64,000 bases of DNA from Eledone cirrhosa (lineage: Eukaryota). Below, in pieces: positions 27,050-41,275 of the stretch. How positions within the stretch are numbered: position 1 is the first letter of the stretch; each line of letters starts with the position of its first letter. The stretch spans positions 282,224,001-282,288,000 of the forward strand of contig OZ024743.1 of NCBI GenBank assembly GCA_964016885.1. Direction: 5' to 3'. Under the pieces are notes generated by a model. That model ran no database searches. It was not told the origin of the DNA and saw only the letters and a program-made list of their open reading frames with translations. The translations under genes were made by a program, and so were the position numbers.

Positions 27050-27231
27050 CAACATGTTATGTAAAGATGTTATCTCTGTTATTAGAGTGACAGTCTGTAA
27101 ACGACGAAGCAACTGGTTCTCCATATAATCAAGAGCTTCCTCGCGGCTTTTTATCATTGTGTATCTTGGAAATGTAGGTGGTAACAGCCGCTGATTCACA
27201 AGGGGCTCAAACCCCATTATAGTTGGATAGT
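27050..27231 (-). CDS. NAA35: NAA35 coding exon 10 ([24 protein letters not shown]...TSLHNML)
   Basis: Signature [19 protein letters not shown]; TTGTAG/GTAAGT, 182 nt. Confidence 0.97.
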
Positions 27232-27519
27232 CTACAATAAAAAATTCAGTTCCACATAAATACAGCAGTCATTCAATAAAACTATTTATACGCAATAAAC
27301 ACCATTTATACAATATGATAAAGTAGCATACGACTTATCTGCTGGTATGTTGTAAATGTATGTGAAATAAAGGTGCGACTTATACAGTTATTAAATTCTT
27401 GAGATGTTATCTTATCAGACCTCAAAGGAAGTATAAGTATCAGGCCTTGTATTACAAGGTAGATAACTCTGCTTGGCTCAATCATCAGACCATGGAAAGG
27501 AGATTAAGAGGTTCTAGAA

Positions 27520-27831
27520 CAGTGGTTCCCAACCTTTTGTGCACCATGTTCCACCTCAACATTTCAAAAATTGTTATCCTGTTATCCCCCCCCCCCTCCA
27601 TTTACATGAAAACAGCAATAATCAACTGCAAAGTGTTAACAAATTGGTGTAGGCGGTGTCAGATGCACAATAACATGTGGAGGAGGTGAGACAGGAGTTT
27701 CTGACAGTAATATGCACCAAAGTTGCCTTAATGTAAAAGTAATAAAGTAAAACCTGAAGTTTGTTCTCCTTTAACATCATTTTCAAATGGCCCCCTTAGA
27801 TATTCAAATTGCTCCCTTGTGGGAATCACTG
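27520..27831. mobile_element. hAT (Charlie-like) MITE
   Basis: CAGTGGTTCCCAA...TGGGAATCACTG TIRs; perfect 8-bp TSD TTCTAGAA. Confidence 0.88.
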
Positions 27832-29189
27832 TTCTAGAATGTCTTCAAAATTTAGAGGGAAAATATTCCGTTCCAATAATTTGTGAATATATGAATAATT
27901 CCCATTATGATACAGATAAGATAGTGCCATTTAGATTGCTAGACATGTTCTTTCATTGAACACAGTATGGAGTTGGAAACAAAATAGAAAGTAAACAAAT
28001 GACATAATCTGTAGGAGTCCTATCCACATAACAAAATTCAATAAGTGGCAGGTAGGATGGTTCTACAAAATTAGATCTCTTGGTAAGAATCATATGATCT
28101 ATGGTCTTAGATATAATTAACCTTACTAAATTCATCCAGTTATTCTGACAACAATTAATCAATAGCCTTTGCAAAGCTATTGACAAATGGCCCTTTTTAT
28201 ATACATCTTCTTTGCCCACTTATTCCTGAGAGGGTCGAGGGCAGTCCTCAAACACTCCTTCCAGCAGGTCCTGTCAGAAGCTACCATCTCCAACTGATCC
28301 AACTGGATCCCCAAGCGTGACCAGCCAAGCTCATGGATGTTATCCAACTATCTTGCTCAGGGTCTAGCCATGGGTCTCCTGCCGATTGGTATTCCTTGTA
28401 AAATCTGCCCAGTGATTCTTTCCTGATACATTCTAACCACATGCCCATAGTATTGGAGCTGTGATCTCTCAATTCAGAGATGTAGCTGCTCTACCAGGAG
28501 TGACTCTCTGATCTCCAAACTATGCACTCTATCGAGTAACGTTACTCTAAAGACACTTCGGATGAACCCCGGCAAAGCTGTTTTACTAGAGAACGGGTCG
28601 CAGCTGGCGGATAGCGATACAGCCACCAAATATGATTGTTAGTTGCAATATAAGTGGGCAGCTGCCAGACAAATAAGCAACCCTGGACCAACAGCAGTAA
28701 ATTACAATGGTTGACACCTGTAGCTTCCAAGAAAATTCTCACAAGCCAGTGATGTAGCTATAGTGAGGCGAGTAAAGGCCGCCTCTAAAAAAGCCTAGAC
28801 TTCGTGTGTTTGAGAAAGCACCAGATTAGTGACTGGGGCAAATAAGACCACCAAAACTGCAATATGGTGAGAGATACGAAAAAGAACCCTTTTATATACA
28901 TTAAAAGTTAAAATCTGTCCCAAACCCTGAGGCTCATCAAACCACAGCTTGTTCTGGTTTAATTGATGTTAAGACTTTCCCCTGGATGGGACACTAGTCC
29001 ATTGCACATATAACCCCCATCTGCTGTTGATACTCATTTTCAGCTGAGTGGGCAGGAGTAATGGTAAGAGAAAAGTTTTGTTCAAGAACACGTGTTGCCC
29101 AATATAGAAATTGAACCTATGACATTGGGAGTGAGGTCAACACCTTAACCACTAGGCCCTCAGACAACAAAAAAAATCAATCAACATAC

Positions 29190-29307
29190 CAGTCTTTGTA
29201 ACTCCACCTTCCTCTGCTTGAATACCAAGTGGTAGTTCTTTTTTCATCAATGGCACTAGTTCTATCAACTGTGTCAGTAAACGCTGAGCTTGGGCAATAC
29301 CTTCACA
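29190..29307 (-). CDS. NAA35: NAA35 coding exon 9 (CEGIAQAQRLLTQLIELVPLMKKELPLGIQAEEGGVTKT-D)
   Basis: 118 nt, phase 0-1, GTATGT donor; A.AQ.L..Q and GIQA motifs; acceptor is an uncommon AAG. Confidence 0.85.
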
Positions 29308-30584
29308 CTTCACATGGTTTAAAAGAAAAGAATTAGGAAATTATACAAAACTATCAAGAAATTACATTCAAAAATATTTTCAAATCCCAATTAATCTAAA
29401 GTAGGAAAAGATAGAGAACAGATAGAATAGAACTAACTTTTGTATAGCTACTCCTCACTTAATGTCCAATGCAACTTTATGTTGGTGGTATTAGAGCCTT
29501 ATATATGCTAATTTATGTGAAATAAACAGGCATTACAAATCTGAACTCTGGTTTCATTTAATAGACCAATTGTACAATTTCCAACCTACTGACATGTATG
29601 GTTGATTGAAGAGTTGATCAAATGAAACTGCAGTTTGACTGTGTTGCCCCTACTATCTGTTTTGTAAAAGAATGACACATTATACAGTATAGTTCTAGAT
29701 ACACAGGTATCAATGAGTCACTAAAAAGTCTACTTCACAATTATGATGTTCCTGGTTAGACTCCACTGCATGGCAAGTATCTTTTATCATAGGCTTGAGT
29801 TAACTCAAGCCTTGTGCGTGAGGGTAGACAGGAACTGTTTGGAAGCCCATCAAAGGATTGTACTGATGGAGGATGAGTCAGATATAGAAACAAATATGGG
29901 AAGGTCATGATTAGAATGTCTCTGAACACAGGTCAACAATTTGATTGTGTTACCTGTTTATCTCACATAAATGAACACATACACACACATATATGGACGC
30001 CAACAGATATGGGACATGATAAATAGGTGAAAGTGATGTCAACATAACCTCAAGAATGAAAAAGGGAAAATTGTGAATTTGGACAGATGAGGTAGAAGGG
30101 TGATGGTAAGAGAGAAGCCTCCTTCCATCTCCCCACCTTATTATCTAATCCTTTCCCACCTATTCATCTCCCTCACACATATAATCTGCCCCTCTTTCTC
30201 TCCAACATTTAGTTTTCCTGCTCATTCACATCCCTGAGTCTTGTCCAACTCTTGCCAGCATGGAAACACAGATGCACCCTCCTCCCTAGTGTACTTCTAG
30301 ATGTCCTTTGTTCACCCTCTCACTCAACAGTACAGAAGTACCTCTATCAATATACCCCTTCTATCGACCCCCTACACCACTCTTGGTCTTATCTCCATAA
30401 CACACACACACACACACACAAGCTACCCCTCTGCCACATTAGTATTCTTCTCCTCCCTCGCTGATCCTCAGTCCCTAGTTCAACCATGCTAGCATGGAAA
30501 GACATATCACCCCACAATGCAGTCAGACGTTACTTTTAAGGCCTCCTTTCCCTCTCACCACTTCCCTCAGCAAGCAACATGTAG

Positions 30585-31150
30585 CCCCTCATGTGCCTGT
30601 GTGCAAACTGCAATGCTACATGGCAAAGACCTGCAGAGATTAGAAAGAAAAGAGTCGAGTATGCTCAAATTGATGAGTAATGTTAGTGTGCATGAGCGAC
30701 ATAGTAAAAGCAAATTGAGGGAAAAACTTGGCATAAGAGGAATTGGATGTAGTATGTAAAAGAGATGACTGCATTGGTATGGAAATGTGATGCGCATGGA
30801 AGATAACAGTGGCATAAAGAAATGCAGAGAAACTCCAGTGGCTAGGACCCTTGGAAGAGGCAGACCCAGGAAAACATGGGATGAAGTTGTGAAAACTGAT
30901 TTTAAAAAAACTAAACCTCACAACAGAAATGACAAAAGGCCGCGAGGGCTGGCACTATGAGGTACTGGAGAAGACCCACCTACAGTATACAATGTGACCT
31001 GACCTACCCCCATGTCCCCACTTCCACTTGCACTCACTAACAGCTATTCTCAACATCATAACATCACTACACCACCCTCACCACACAACCACATTGCCCC
31101 CACACATACACATTCCTAGCAGCTGCCCCACTGTAAAGTAGTTGGTGATG
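30585..31150 (+). mobile_element. Old RTE 3' fragment
   Basis: TAMLHG..LQRLERKE, LREKLGIRGI and GRGRPRKTW remnants. Confidence 0.8.
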
Positions 31151-31864
31151 GGAAGGGCATTCGGCCATGGAGGGATTGTCAAACAAAGGGCTTGGAAGAT
31201 ACTTTAGTCATGTCAAGGACATGACAGCCTCCCTAGAGTTGGTAATCTACACAGTAAATACACCCAGTACATGTTGTAAAATGGTTAGTGATAGGAAGGG
31301 TATCCAACCATAGAAAGCTTGCATTATGGTTATCCTCAGTCAGTTTAGTGCTGGGTCATCACTTTTGTGAGATTGAGTTTCTTGAAGTCATTCTTCACAA
31401 CTTTTCATCCCATGTCTTTCTTGGTCTCCCTCTATCACAGGTCCTGTCTACTTCGAGTGATCACCAATTTTTTATACAACTCTTACTCTCTTCAAGCTTC
31501 CTATAACCATATCAGCATAATCATCTCTGTGGCATGTTACATTCAATCCCTCTTACACACAGCTTTTCTCTCAGCTCATTTGTTTTCTGGCATTCCACAT
31601 TTACTTCAGTAACTTCATGCCTCATTTTTTTTTTTAGCCACTGCAGATCTTCTGCACTCAAGGCCCATGTATCACTGCCATGCAGCAAAGCAGTTTGAAC
31701 ATAAATACCATTTGCTTAAAATTTTAGAAATAACCACAATTTGAATGTCAAATTTTATCCTAATTTAATATTTTACAGTATGTGTTTTTAGCTTTTGTGT
31801 GTACCTGTATGTGTGTATAAACCGACAGTAAATAATAAAACAAAGGAAAGTAAAGTGTACTCAC

Positions 31865-31948
31865 TTTTTCCTTGCTAAATGATATCAATACAGTCAAGAA
31901 CATCCGGTAAAATTTGATTCTATTATAAACAGCAACAGACAGGCAATG
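31865..31948 (-). CDS. NAA35: NAA35 coding exon 8 (HCLSVAVYNRIKFYRMFLTVLISFSKEK)
   Basis: PolyT-GCAG/GTGAGT, 84 nt; R.KF.R..LTVLI.F motif. Confidence 0.93.
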
Positions 31949-32531
31949 CTGCAAAAAAAAAAAGAGAAACAAGTTCTCACATGATGGTTATTATTATCTT
32001 AAGTAACTGTAGATTGGCAAAGTTGTTAGAGTGTCACACAAAATGCTCTGAACCATTTAGTTACAGCCCTTAACATTCTAAGTTCAAATCCTGCCAAGAT
32101 TACCATTACCTTTCATCTTTACGGGGTCAATAAAATAAATTACCAGTATCATATTGGAGTCGATTTAATCAACTTTCCCCTCCTCTAGAATTGTTGGCCT
32201 TGTGCCTAAATCTGAAACCATTATTAAGTATCTGTTATAAATAAAGTATAAGAATTTCGAAGTTAAGTTGTAATGTGGCCTAGTGGTTAGGGTGTTGGAC
32301 TCACAATCATAAGGTTGTGGGCTTGATTCCTGAACTGAGTGGTACATAGTGTCCTTGAGCAAGATGCTTTACTTAACATCGCTCCAGTCAACTCAGCTTT
32401 TAAAAAAATTAATACCATCAGCAGCAGCTGGGGGTTAGGCACCCAATGCAGAAACCTCCTATGACATGCAACCTCATAGGAAGCCAACAAAACCAATAGT
32501 GTGAGTCTTTCTCAAGGGCATTAGTGATTAA

Positions 32532-32724
32532 CCCTTTAGCATTTAAACTGGCTGTATCCTGCCAGGATTCTCTCATCTCTTTCTGTTAAAACCAGCTGTA
32601 ACCGGCTGCTCATACTGATGTTATGTCCACATAATAAATAATATTATATGAGATAATTATGTGAGGTAAAGCCTTCACCAAGAAAATATAATAGTAACTA
32701 TAGAGTAATGTAAATGCTAAAGGG
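32532..32724. mobile_element. piggyBac-type MITE, same family as 14218-14438
   Basis: Same TIRs, TTAA TSD and internal homology. Confidence 0.88.
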
Positions 32725-33637
32725 TTAAGTTAGAATTAGTAACATGAGTTAAGCAAGGTGTACTAAGATAAATGAAATTTAATATAAATAGGTTTGATTA
32801 ATTCACATATAAATACAACAGCAATAAAAATTGGATATGAATGCCAAATAAACAGTAACAATTTGGCCTAATATCTCTTTGAATCTTCAAAAACAATAGC
32901 CAAAAGAAACCAACAGATTCTTTCTTTTATTGGTTTCAGTCACCAGACTAGTCATGCTGGGGCACCACCTTTTCGGAATTAGGTGATCATATCGACCACA
33001 GTACATAATTTTCAAGTCTGGCACTTATTTTATAGGTCTGATTTTGTTGAATTGCTAAGTTACAGGACATAAATACAGAGAGTGACACATATATATGTCT
33101 GACGGACTTTTGCAGTTTCTGTATATCAAATTTGATGCACAAGGCATTGGTCATCCCAGGGACTATTAGTAGAAAACACTTGCCAAAGTACCATGCAGTG
33201 GAAGTGAACCAAAAACCAAATGGTTGTGTAGCAAACGCTTTAACCACACAGCATTGCCTGCAACTATCTGAAAATTATTTTGTAAATATATGATGCTACA
33301 ACAAAAAGCACCCAGTCCACCATGTAAAGTGGTGGTGTTGGTACGACATCAAAAAGCACCCAGTCCACCCTGTCAGGTGGTAGTGCCATGAAGGATCTGG
33401 TGTTGTAGGAAACCAAGACTAAGACAGAATGTATGAGCTAAACATGGTCACATGATCTGTCTGGTCTCATAACATGACAACCCGTCTAATCCATGCAAGC
33501 ATAGAAAATAGACAATAAACAGTGATAAATGGTGAAGATAGGAAATTTAGATTGGATATTCCTAGTTATATCAATGAGTTTAATAGATATCTGATAAAGT
33601 TGGGAACATTTTCAAGGGAGAAAAAACATTAAATTAC

Positions 33638-33688
33638 CTCTAACTCTGTATCTGAATCTCGTTGAGTGCCTGGTTTACTACGGGTGTT
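33638..33688 (-). CDS. NAA35: NAA35 coding exon 7 (NTRSKPGTQRDSDTELE)
   Basis: TTTGCAG/GTAATT, 51 nt; aligns to vertebrate STRSRQGEERDPEVELE as recalled. Confidence 0.9.
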
Positions 33689-35198
33689 CTGCAAAAGATC
33701 AAAGAAATTCATCAGATTTTAAATATAATGCTGTAATTGTTGATGTTGTCTCCTCCTCTAATAATATCAATAAATATATCTGCCATCTGACTTTAACACT
33801 TTTGATATCAACCTGGCCAAAACCAGCTCTGGTTCTCTGAAATAAATCAACTCGCTTTAAAGGGTTCCTATTTAAATTAAAATCTTCCAACATAATTTTA
33901 TATTAGAACCATATGCTATGTAACTAATTTAATAATGAAATAATAATTGTAGTAAATCCCTCAATATTCTCTATTAATTAATTGAAACAGAATACATTTC
34001 ATTAGAAATATGGTCACGAAAGGGTTAATGTAGTCTACATTGCAGTAAACACTTCATTCAGCTGCCCACCAAATAATCTGCTAGTTTGAAAAACCCTATG
34101 AAACTTATTGGTACTATCATTCTACCTTAGATTAACAAAAACACAAAACCGTCTTTATATTTATCACTATTTATCTTTAGGCAACAAATTGGGAGAAGTA
34201 TTAAAGAGGTGAACAAAATGTGGTATTTATTCTATTCATTTGCATTCAAAGTTCAAATTGCATTTTTATTTTACTCTTTACTGCAATATCCCAATACCTT
34301 TTCCAACCAGTTTTATATACCGAAGAAGTTATTATTAACTAAATAGAGCAAAATGAGTAAAGTTACTTCCCTTGTCATATACTGCTAATTAATCCTAGCC
34401 AGTCAAGTTCACACTTATCACATATATAAATGAGTATCGCAAACCAATGTTTTTTGTTTTATTTGCACTATATGCAAATAAGCATCCCCAGCTGATGTTT
34501 CATATGCAAAAAAGCATATGAACTATAAGGTTACTTTATCTTGGTACTAAATGAGTAAATGTCACTGATGCCGATGAAAGATAAAAATCAAGAAACACAT
34601 GTCAATCTCATACAGCTACTGAGACAGCTGTGACATGATCACTGCTTAAAATATTCATAGCAACATAATCACAAATATTCAGTGACATGATCACAGCTTA
34701 AAATATTCATAGCAAAAGTCTTGTATGTCTATTATACATAAATAGATTGTATATACCTTCATATACACTTCTATTAATGCAACAGTTGTATCAAAAATTA
34801 ACTAGACATCACCGTGAGTGAAACCCAGGCATTGAATGCAGAGAATCTGTGAAGGCTAGGGAGAACAGTAGTGAGCATGCTCCAAAGGATGAATGGTATT
34901 GATGTATGTGAACAGCAAAACATGGATGAGTCAAGAGAAAAACTGGATATAAGAGGCATCAGATGCAATGTGTAAGGGAGAAGACTGTACTAGTGGGGAC
35001 GTGATGTGTATGGATGATGATCCCAATGAAAGGAAACTGCATTAGAGGAAGACTTAAGCAGTGGTGTAGGGAAGCTGCATTGGAAGGGCCTATCCAACCC
35101 CTGCAAACATTGAAAAACATGTAAAAAGAGGAGGATGGTAAACTCCTGTAACTCGGTGCATTAGAATTGCAAAAAAAAAATAAATACAAAGAAATTAC

Positions 35199-35309
35199 CT
35201 TAATGATTCTATTGACCTCTTCTTCTACTTCTTTCATCATACCAATTGCCCGAACGTCTGAAGTTTCAGCAGCCATTTTAAATCCATATGTAACAAGCTG
35301 AAAGTCTTC
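35199..35309 (-). CDS. NAA35: NAA35 coding exon 6 ([37 protein letters not shown])
   Basis: EDFQ..TYGFKMA motif; CACAG/GTAATT, 111 nt. Confidence 0.95.
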
Positions 35310-35872
35310 CTGTGATATTGAAGAGACAAAATATTGACATGTAATATTCATTATAGAAACATTCAAATATATTTTGCTTGGCAGTCAAAAGTTTACCGTA
35401 TATGCTCGATATAATCACCCGCCCCCACATTTTATGTTAGAGAAATAGGCGAAAATCCAAATCCCATTTATAAACTAAGGCAGCTAATCAACAAATTATT
35501 TTGATAGCATATATAAGCCAACCACCCATTTTACCATCGATTTTTTTATCACATATTCCTTGGCTTATATTCAAAGTCTAAATTGAGTTGTTAAGGTTAT
35601 AAATTTTTTTTTATCATTAACCTCATCTCTCAAAAAGAAACATTTTTCAACTGTAAATAGCAACAAAAAAATACTTCATCTCTTAAGATGAAGTTAATAG
35701 TTCAAAAATTATAATCTAACTCTTTTGATAACAAATCACTTAAACACCAGATTAATAATGAGAAAGTTATATAACTAAATCATTCCAAATACCTGATTAT
35801 TTTCAAAATTAATTGAAAAACAGGCCGTGTTTTTCATTAGAAATTATGGTAATGAAAAGGTTAAATTCTTAC

Positions 35873-36040
35873 CTCTTCAAATGCTCCAGCTCTATTAACT
35901 CTGTCTCGTATTATATCAACAGTTTTCAGAATACAAATACAGAATGCTTTCAGATATCTGTCCTCAATAATATAGGGATTGTGCAGATAAAGGTTTGTGA
36001 ATACTGTCTGAGCAAGAGAGTGTCCTTCTAGCCATGTAAC
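35873..36040 (-). CDS. NAA35: NAA35 coding exon 5 ([22 protein letters not shown]...[10 protein letters not shown])
   Basis: Conserved [14 protein letters not shown] motif; polyT-AG/GTAAG, 168 nt. Confidence 0.97.
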
Positions 36041-36594
36041 CTAAAAAAAAAGAGAAAGACAAAGCAATAGTAGCAGTTTAATAATTATTGGAAATGTGTA
36101 CAATATCAGCAATCACAGTAGAGTAGAAGGCAGTTTCCTGTTGTAGCTATTTCCCTTCATTTATGCCACTAATGTCCTATAGAAAAGCCTGTGAATCACA
36201 AGCCCTATTTATTGCTTCCCTGAAGTCAACAAGATTCAATACCACCCAGTACACAGCATAGTGGTTGATAATGGGAAGGGCATCCAGCTATAGAAAAACC
36301 TGCCAATCAAATGGTTGGGAGAACTCTTCAGCTGTATCATAGACATGGCAATCTCCCTAGTGCTAGAGGTATGATAAAATGCACTTGGTAGAGTGCCAAA
36401 ATATACATAAGCAAAATGTGAATCCCTATCACACTTGGGAGGTTGAAAGCTTGGCTTGAATAATGACTCAGTCTATGAAGACTCATCTAACCTTTGCAAG
36501 CAAGGAAAACAGGCATTAAATGATGATGATAATGATGCACGTGCATCATCATCATCACTGTTTTACGTCCATTCTTCCACGCTAGCATGGGTAC

Positions 36595-37075
36595 ATACGA
36601 AATGATAGTTGAGTATTTGCTTTGTCTGATGCTGAAGAAAAGAGAAGCATGAAAGACTTACTACAAAATACTGCTGAATGAAAAGAATAAATGGGATAGT
36701 AAGGGCCTACCCCACATAGACGACCCATAGAAGTTGATAGATAAATCAATTAAGGATATGACAGTAGAGAAGGCAGTTGAGCCATTAAGTATAGTAGCTG
36801 AGATGCTAAAAGTATCTGGCATGGTAGGTTATGAGCTACTTGGATACATAGTTAATCAAGCAGTGCAGGATGGTATCATAACCAATGACTGGTGCAGCAG
36901 TATCATTGTAAACTGCTACAAGGTCAAAGGAGATGCATTATAGAGAGGTAACTACAGATGCATCAAGTTGATGGATTAGGTCATAGAAGTTCCTGAAAGG
37001 GTTATAGCACAACTAATTGGGAACAGAATCAATTTAAATGAGATGCAGTTTGGCTTTATGCTACATAGTGGTACT
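36595..37075 (+). mobile_element. Old RTE internal fragment
   Basis: IVAEMLKVSG...DWCSSIIVNCYK..GDAL, homologous to 17580-17740. Confidence 0.8.
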
Positions 37076-38289
37076 AGTGAAAGATATATATTTATTCCAT
37101 GCATTTATGTCAACTATTAGACTCAACAAGGTAATATGTGTCAGTAAATTGGCAGAATATTTAGGTGGTTGGCGATAGAAAAGGCACCCAGCCATAGAAA
37201 CCATGCTGAGAGCACCTTTCAGTTATATCAATGAAATGACAACTTCTATAATGTTGGTGATCTACACAATCAATGCACCCAGTATATGTGAAGTGGTTGG
37301 TGATAGGAATGCCATCCTGCCATAGAAAGTTTACCAAAAGAAACCCCTTCAGTTGTGTCAAAGACATGACGACCTCTCTAGTACAGGAATCACAATAAAT
37401 TGTACTCAGTAGAGTGTGGAATCAAATGTAAGACAGATGCGGGCCGCTGGCCCATTAGAAAAGTTAGTAGCCTCACTTAAGTATTTACTTGGCCTGTGAA
37501 AACACGTCCAACTCTTGATAGCAGACAAAATGGACGTTAATTGATAAAGATAATATATATACATATATACACACACATATATTTATCACTTAGTCAGGAG
37601 GAAGAACAATACCCATGAGCATTTATAATATCAGGTCCTCCAGTACTGGTGGAACGGAGGAAGAATTGTATCCTATAACAGGAAAACTGGACAGAATACC
37701 TGCAACAGAGTGGCCTTTGATAAAGACACCTAAGGACTAAGTAGCAATGTTAAACCAGGTGATGGATTATGTCTCCAAAGCATTACATCTTACACTGCCA
37801 TAGACTTGTACTTTATTTATCTAGCTCAGAAGGACATAAGGAAAAGTTGATCTCTGAATGTTTAGTGCTGGAAAAAATACTGCAAGTGATTTCATCAAAT
37901 GCTCTAACGTTTCTGCCAATTTGCTGTCACTTATGATCTCAGAGTTTAACAATTGACACAAATGCATGGGATAAATATATCTTTCCTTATATTCTTTTTG
38001 CATATTAGAAAATTTTGACAGTCGTAAAATAAAAATATAGAAGCCAATTGTCAAATTGGACCATGGAAACAATGTTTTGGTGTTTCTTTTGCTCTTACCA
38101 TTTCTAATATTATCTCCTGGACACAACTCTTGGCAGAAAGAACATGAAATGCAGTATTTTACTCAGGAACACAATGTCCCCCCCACCACCACTGCCCAAT
38201 CTAGAAATGGAACCTACAACCTTATGCCCAGGAGTCCAACACCTGAATCACTATGCCATACACCTTCACTTAAAAAGGCAGTGCTTTAA

Positions 38290-40158
38290 TTTGAACAGTG
38301 CATAGCAACCAATCCTGACAGTAAGGTGTTCTGGAAATATGTTCATTCAAAGCAGAGACCTCACTCTCCAGTTGGTCCTCTTCGCAATCCCCACACAAGC
38401 CAGATCACTGATGATCCCAAAGAATGCTCAGAACTCCTTGCTGAGTGTTATGCAAGCAAATTTACTGTTAAAAACCAGAATGTACCATCTCCACCATCTC
38501 TAACATCAAATTCCATAACAACTATAAAATTTACACCTGCAATGTTGCGATGTCACCTTAAGAATAAGCGCAACTACGCCTCCCCTGGTCTTGATGGTGT
38601 TACATACCTGCTTTTCAAACGTGGCGGGTACTTCCTTTTGCACCAGCTTTCTTTCTTCTTTCAATACTGTCTCAACAATGGTGCTACTCCGGGGCAGTGG
38701 AAGACTGCCAGTGTCATTCCCCTGTTCAAAAAGGGCGACTGCACGTCACCTGTCAACTATCGTCCAGTCAGATGGAATCCTGTGTCAGAGAAACACTTTG
38801 GAACTTCTGGAGCTCTCACAGCCTCATCCGGCCCTCGCAGTTTGGATTTATCCCTAACTCCAGCTGCTGTGATCAGCTTATCGAGTTCCTTGAAGACATT
38901 ACCCGGATCACTGACAGCGGCTCATGGGTGGAAGTTGTTTACCTTGACTTCGCTAAGGCTTTTAATTCTGTGCCACACAAAAGACTTATGGCGAAACTCT
39001 CTGCAATGGGTGTGAGGGATGATCTTTTTAACTGGTTGAAATCCTTCATTCTCAGCCGAAAAGAGGTAGTCACGGTTCTAGGACAGAATTCTTCACCATA
39101 TGAGATGTCATCTGGTGTACCACAGGGATCTGTTCTTGGTCCCCTTTTGTTTGTGGCATATATTAATGACATAGATGCCAACTTAAAGAATGCCACGGTA
39201 CTGAAATATGCAGATGACATCAAGCTGTACCTTGAAATCAAAAGGAAATCTACAACTCTTTCCTACAATCAGACCTGGACACAATGCAGCAATGGATCAC
39301 AGACTGGCAACTGAAGCTGGCTGTGGACAAGTGTACCACCATGCATTTTGGGAGGAAAAATCCAGCGTCCATATTCTCCCTCCACAACACTGATATCAAG
39401 AAGACCTCTTGTGAACATGACCTGGGCATTACTGTCAGCAGCAATTTGCATTGGACAAAGCATGTCTCTAAGATTGTCAAGAAGGCCGAGGGTGTCTTGG
39501 CATCACTCAGCAAGACCTTTGTTAGCCGCTCTCCAGCCATCTATTTAAAGCTGTATACAGCTATGGTATGACCACACTTGGAATTCGCATCATGTCTGGA
39601 ACCCCTATCTTGCTCAGAACATTGACCTCCTGGAAACTGTTCAGAGACGTGCAACCAAGCGCATACCCTCCATCAGACACTTACCATACTCTGAACGCCT
39701 TGCTTCCCTGGGCATGGATTCATTGAAGCTCCGACGTCTGGCAATGGACTTGGTAAACACCCACAAAGTTATTAACCATCTCGCCAACAACAGCCCTGAG
39801 CACCTTTTTGATCTCCATGTGTCTAACACACGTGGACATGCCTACAAAATCAGAAAACAGCACAGCTCCCATGACTTCGGAAACATTTTTTCACACTTAG
39901 AGTTGCTGAAGCATGGAACAAACTGCCTGCGTCAGTTGTTAGCTGTCGAGACACTGCATCCTTTAAAACCCTCATGCTTCCCGAAATTCGCCAAAACTAC
40001 ACCTGATGTACCCCTTCCATACACATGCACACGTGTATATCATGACTCATGCACTATTCATTTTCCTGACGTTTGTACATTACCCTATGTACTATACATA
40101 CACTTTTTGATGAGTTGTAGTGCACCTGAGCACTGTACACAATATTTTCATTATTATT
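38290..40158 (+). mobile_element. CR1/L2/Jockey-group LINE, 5'-truncated, frameshifted
   Basis: SPGLDG, NYRPV, YLDFAKAF, SGVPQGSVLGPLLF, YADD, VQRRATK and TRGH motifs; (ATT)n tail; a copy of its 3' end lies at ~10740-10945. Confidence 0.92.
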
Positions 40159-41200
40159 AAGTATATAAAAGATAAAATGTTAGTAAAAATATATTTCTTC
40201 CCATCTACTATCCTAGTGCTGGTGTCACAATAGAATGCATTCAGAATACTTTGTAAAGTGGTTGGTATTAGGAAAAGCTCCCAGCTATAGAAATCATGCC
40301 AAAAATGTTGAGAGGGCCTTTCAGACATGATCTGGCAATCTCTTTAGTGCACTACTGTATGTGTCTTTAGTAGACAGTAAACTTCCTTGAAGTACCTTTC
40401 CCTATCTATATGGATAATATTCATAATCAGCTACATTATAACTCTTCTTTTTCTATATACTTTGATCATTTGTGAACTGCAGAGAATAAGAGGTCCAATA
40501 AGGCTGAAACGTGTGTTGCTTTCATCAGTTGGCTTTAAAGATAAGATCTATTTCCATCTGTCTATATTTTCCACACATTTTTATTAGATGATTTTATTCG
40601 GCTTGTCTAGTTTTAGATTTTGAGCACCCTTAAAGTTAATCAAAGTTTTTTCAACTCACTACATTACATATATGTGAGACTCTGCTGTATATATATCTTA
40701 AGGTTTTCACATAATTTAAAGACAAATTAATATCTCCTTTAGTTCAAAACTTTATGCTCTATAATTAATTCTGAGTAACTGCACTGACTTATTCATGCTC
40801 ATGGGACTTTTTAATGCTGGAAAGTTGCATTGAAATTGACATCCAATGAGTCCACATTATCTCACTGAACGTCAATTATTCTTATGAAAATAATTACAAA
40901 TGTAAATAAAAAAAATATAAGTGTTTTTTTTCTACAAGTTATAATTAGCTGAAAAGACAGCCATTGAATAAAATGAAATCAGCAAACATATACATCACTA
41001 TGAAGGTTTACCTTCAAACACTTGTTTCTTTTAGAAGACCACATGTGGCCTTAAAGTTGCAGATTCCCCACCCTGGACTAGTCCATAAGGAAATCCTTCA
41101 CTGCAATTACTATCTGAATCTTCTGACATTCCCTAAATGCCAGATTATGTACCACATTATGAAACACTTTTGTTAGACATAATATCATAGGAATACTTAC

Positions 41201-41275
41201 CAAACAAGCTAATGTAGCATCCATGATACCAATTAATTTAGGATATTTGAGATCTTTTATTGACACAGTTCTAGC
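41201..41275 (-). CDS. NAA35: NAA35 coding exon 4 (ARTVSIKDLKYPKLIGIMDATLACL)
   Basis: TTTAG/GTAAGT, 75 nt, phase 0-0; IKDL..P.LIGIMD motif. Confidence 0.95.

Noticed and set aside
36521-36557. Palindrome GATGATGCAC|GTGCATCATC
   Set aside because: Explained by two RTE/SINE (GAT)n tails meeting tail-to-tail.
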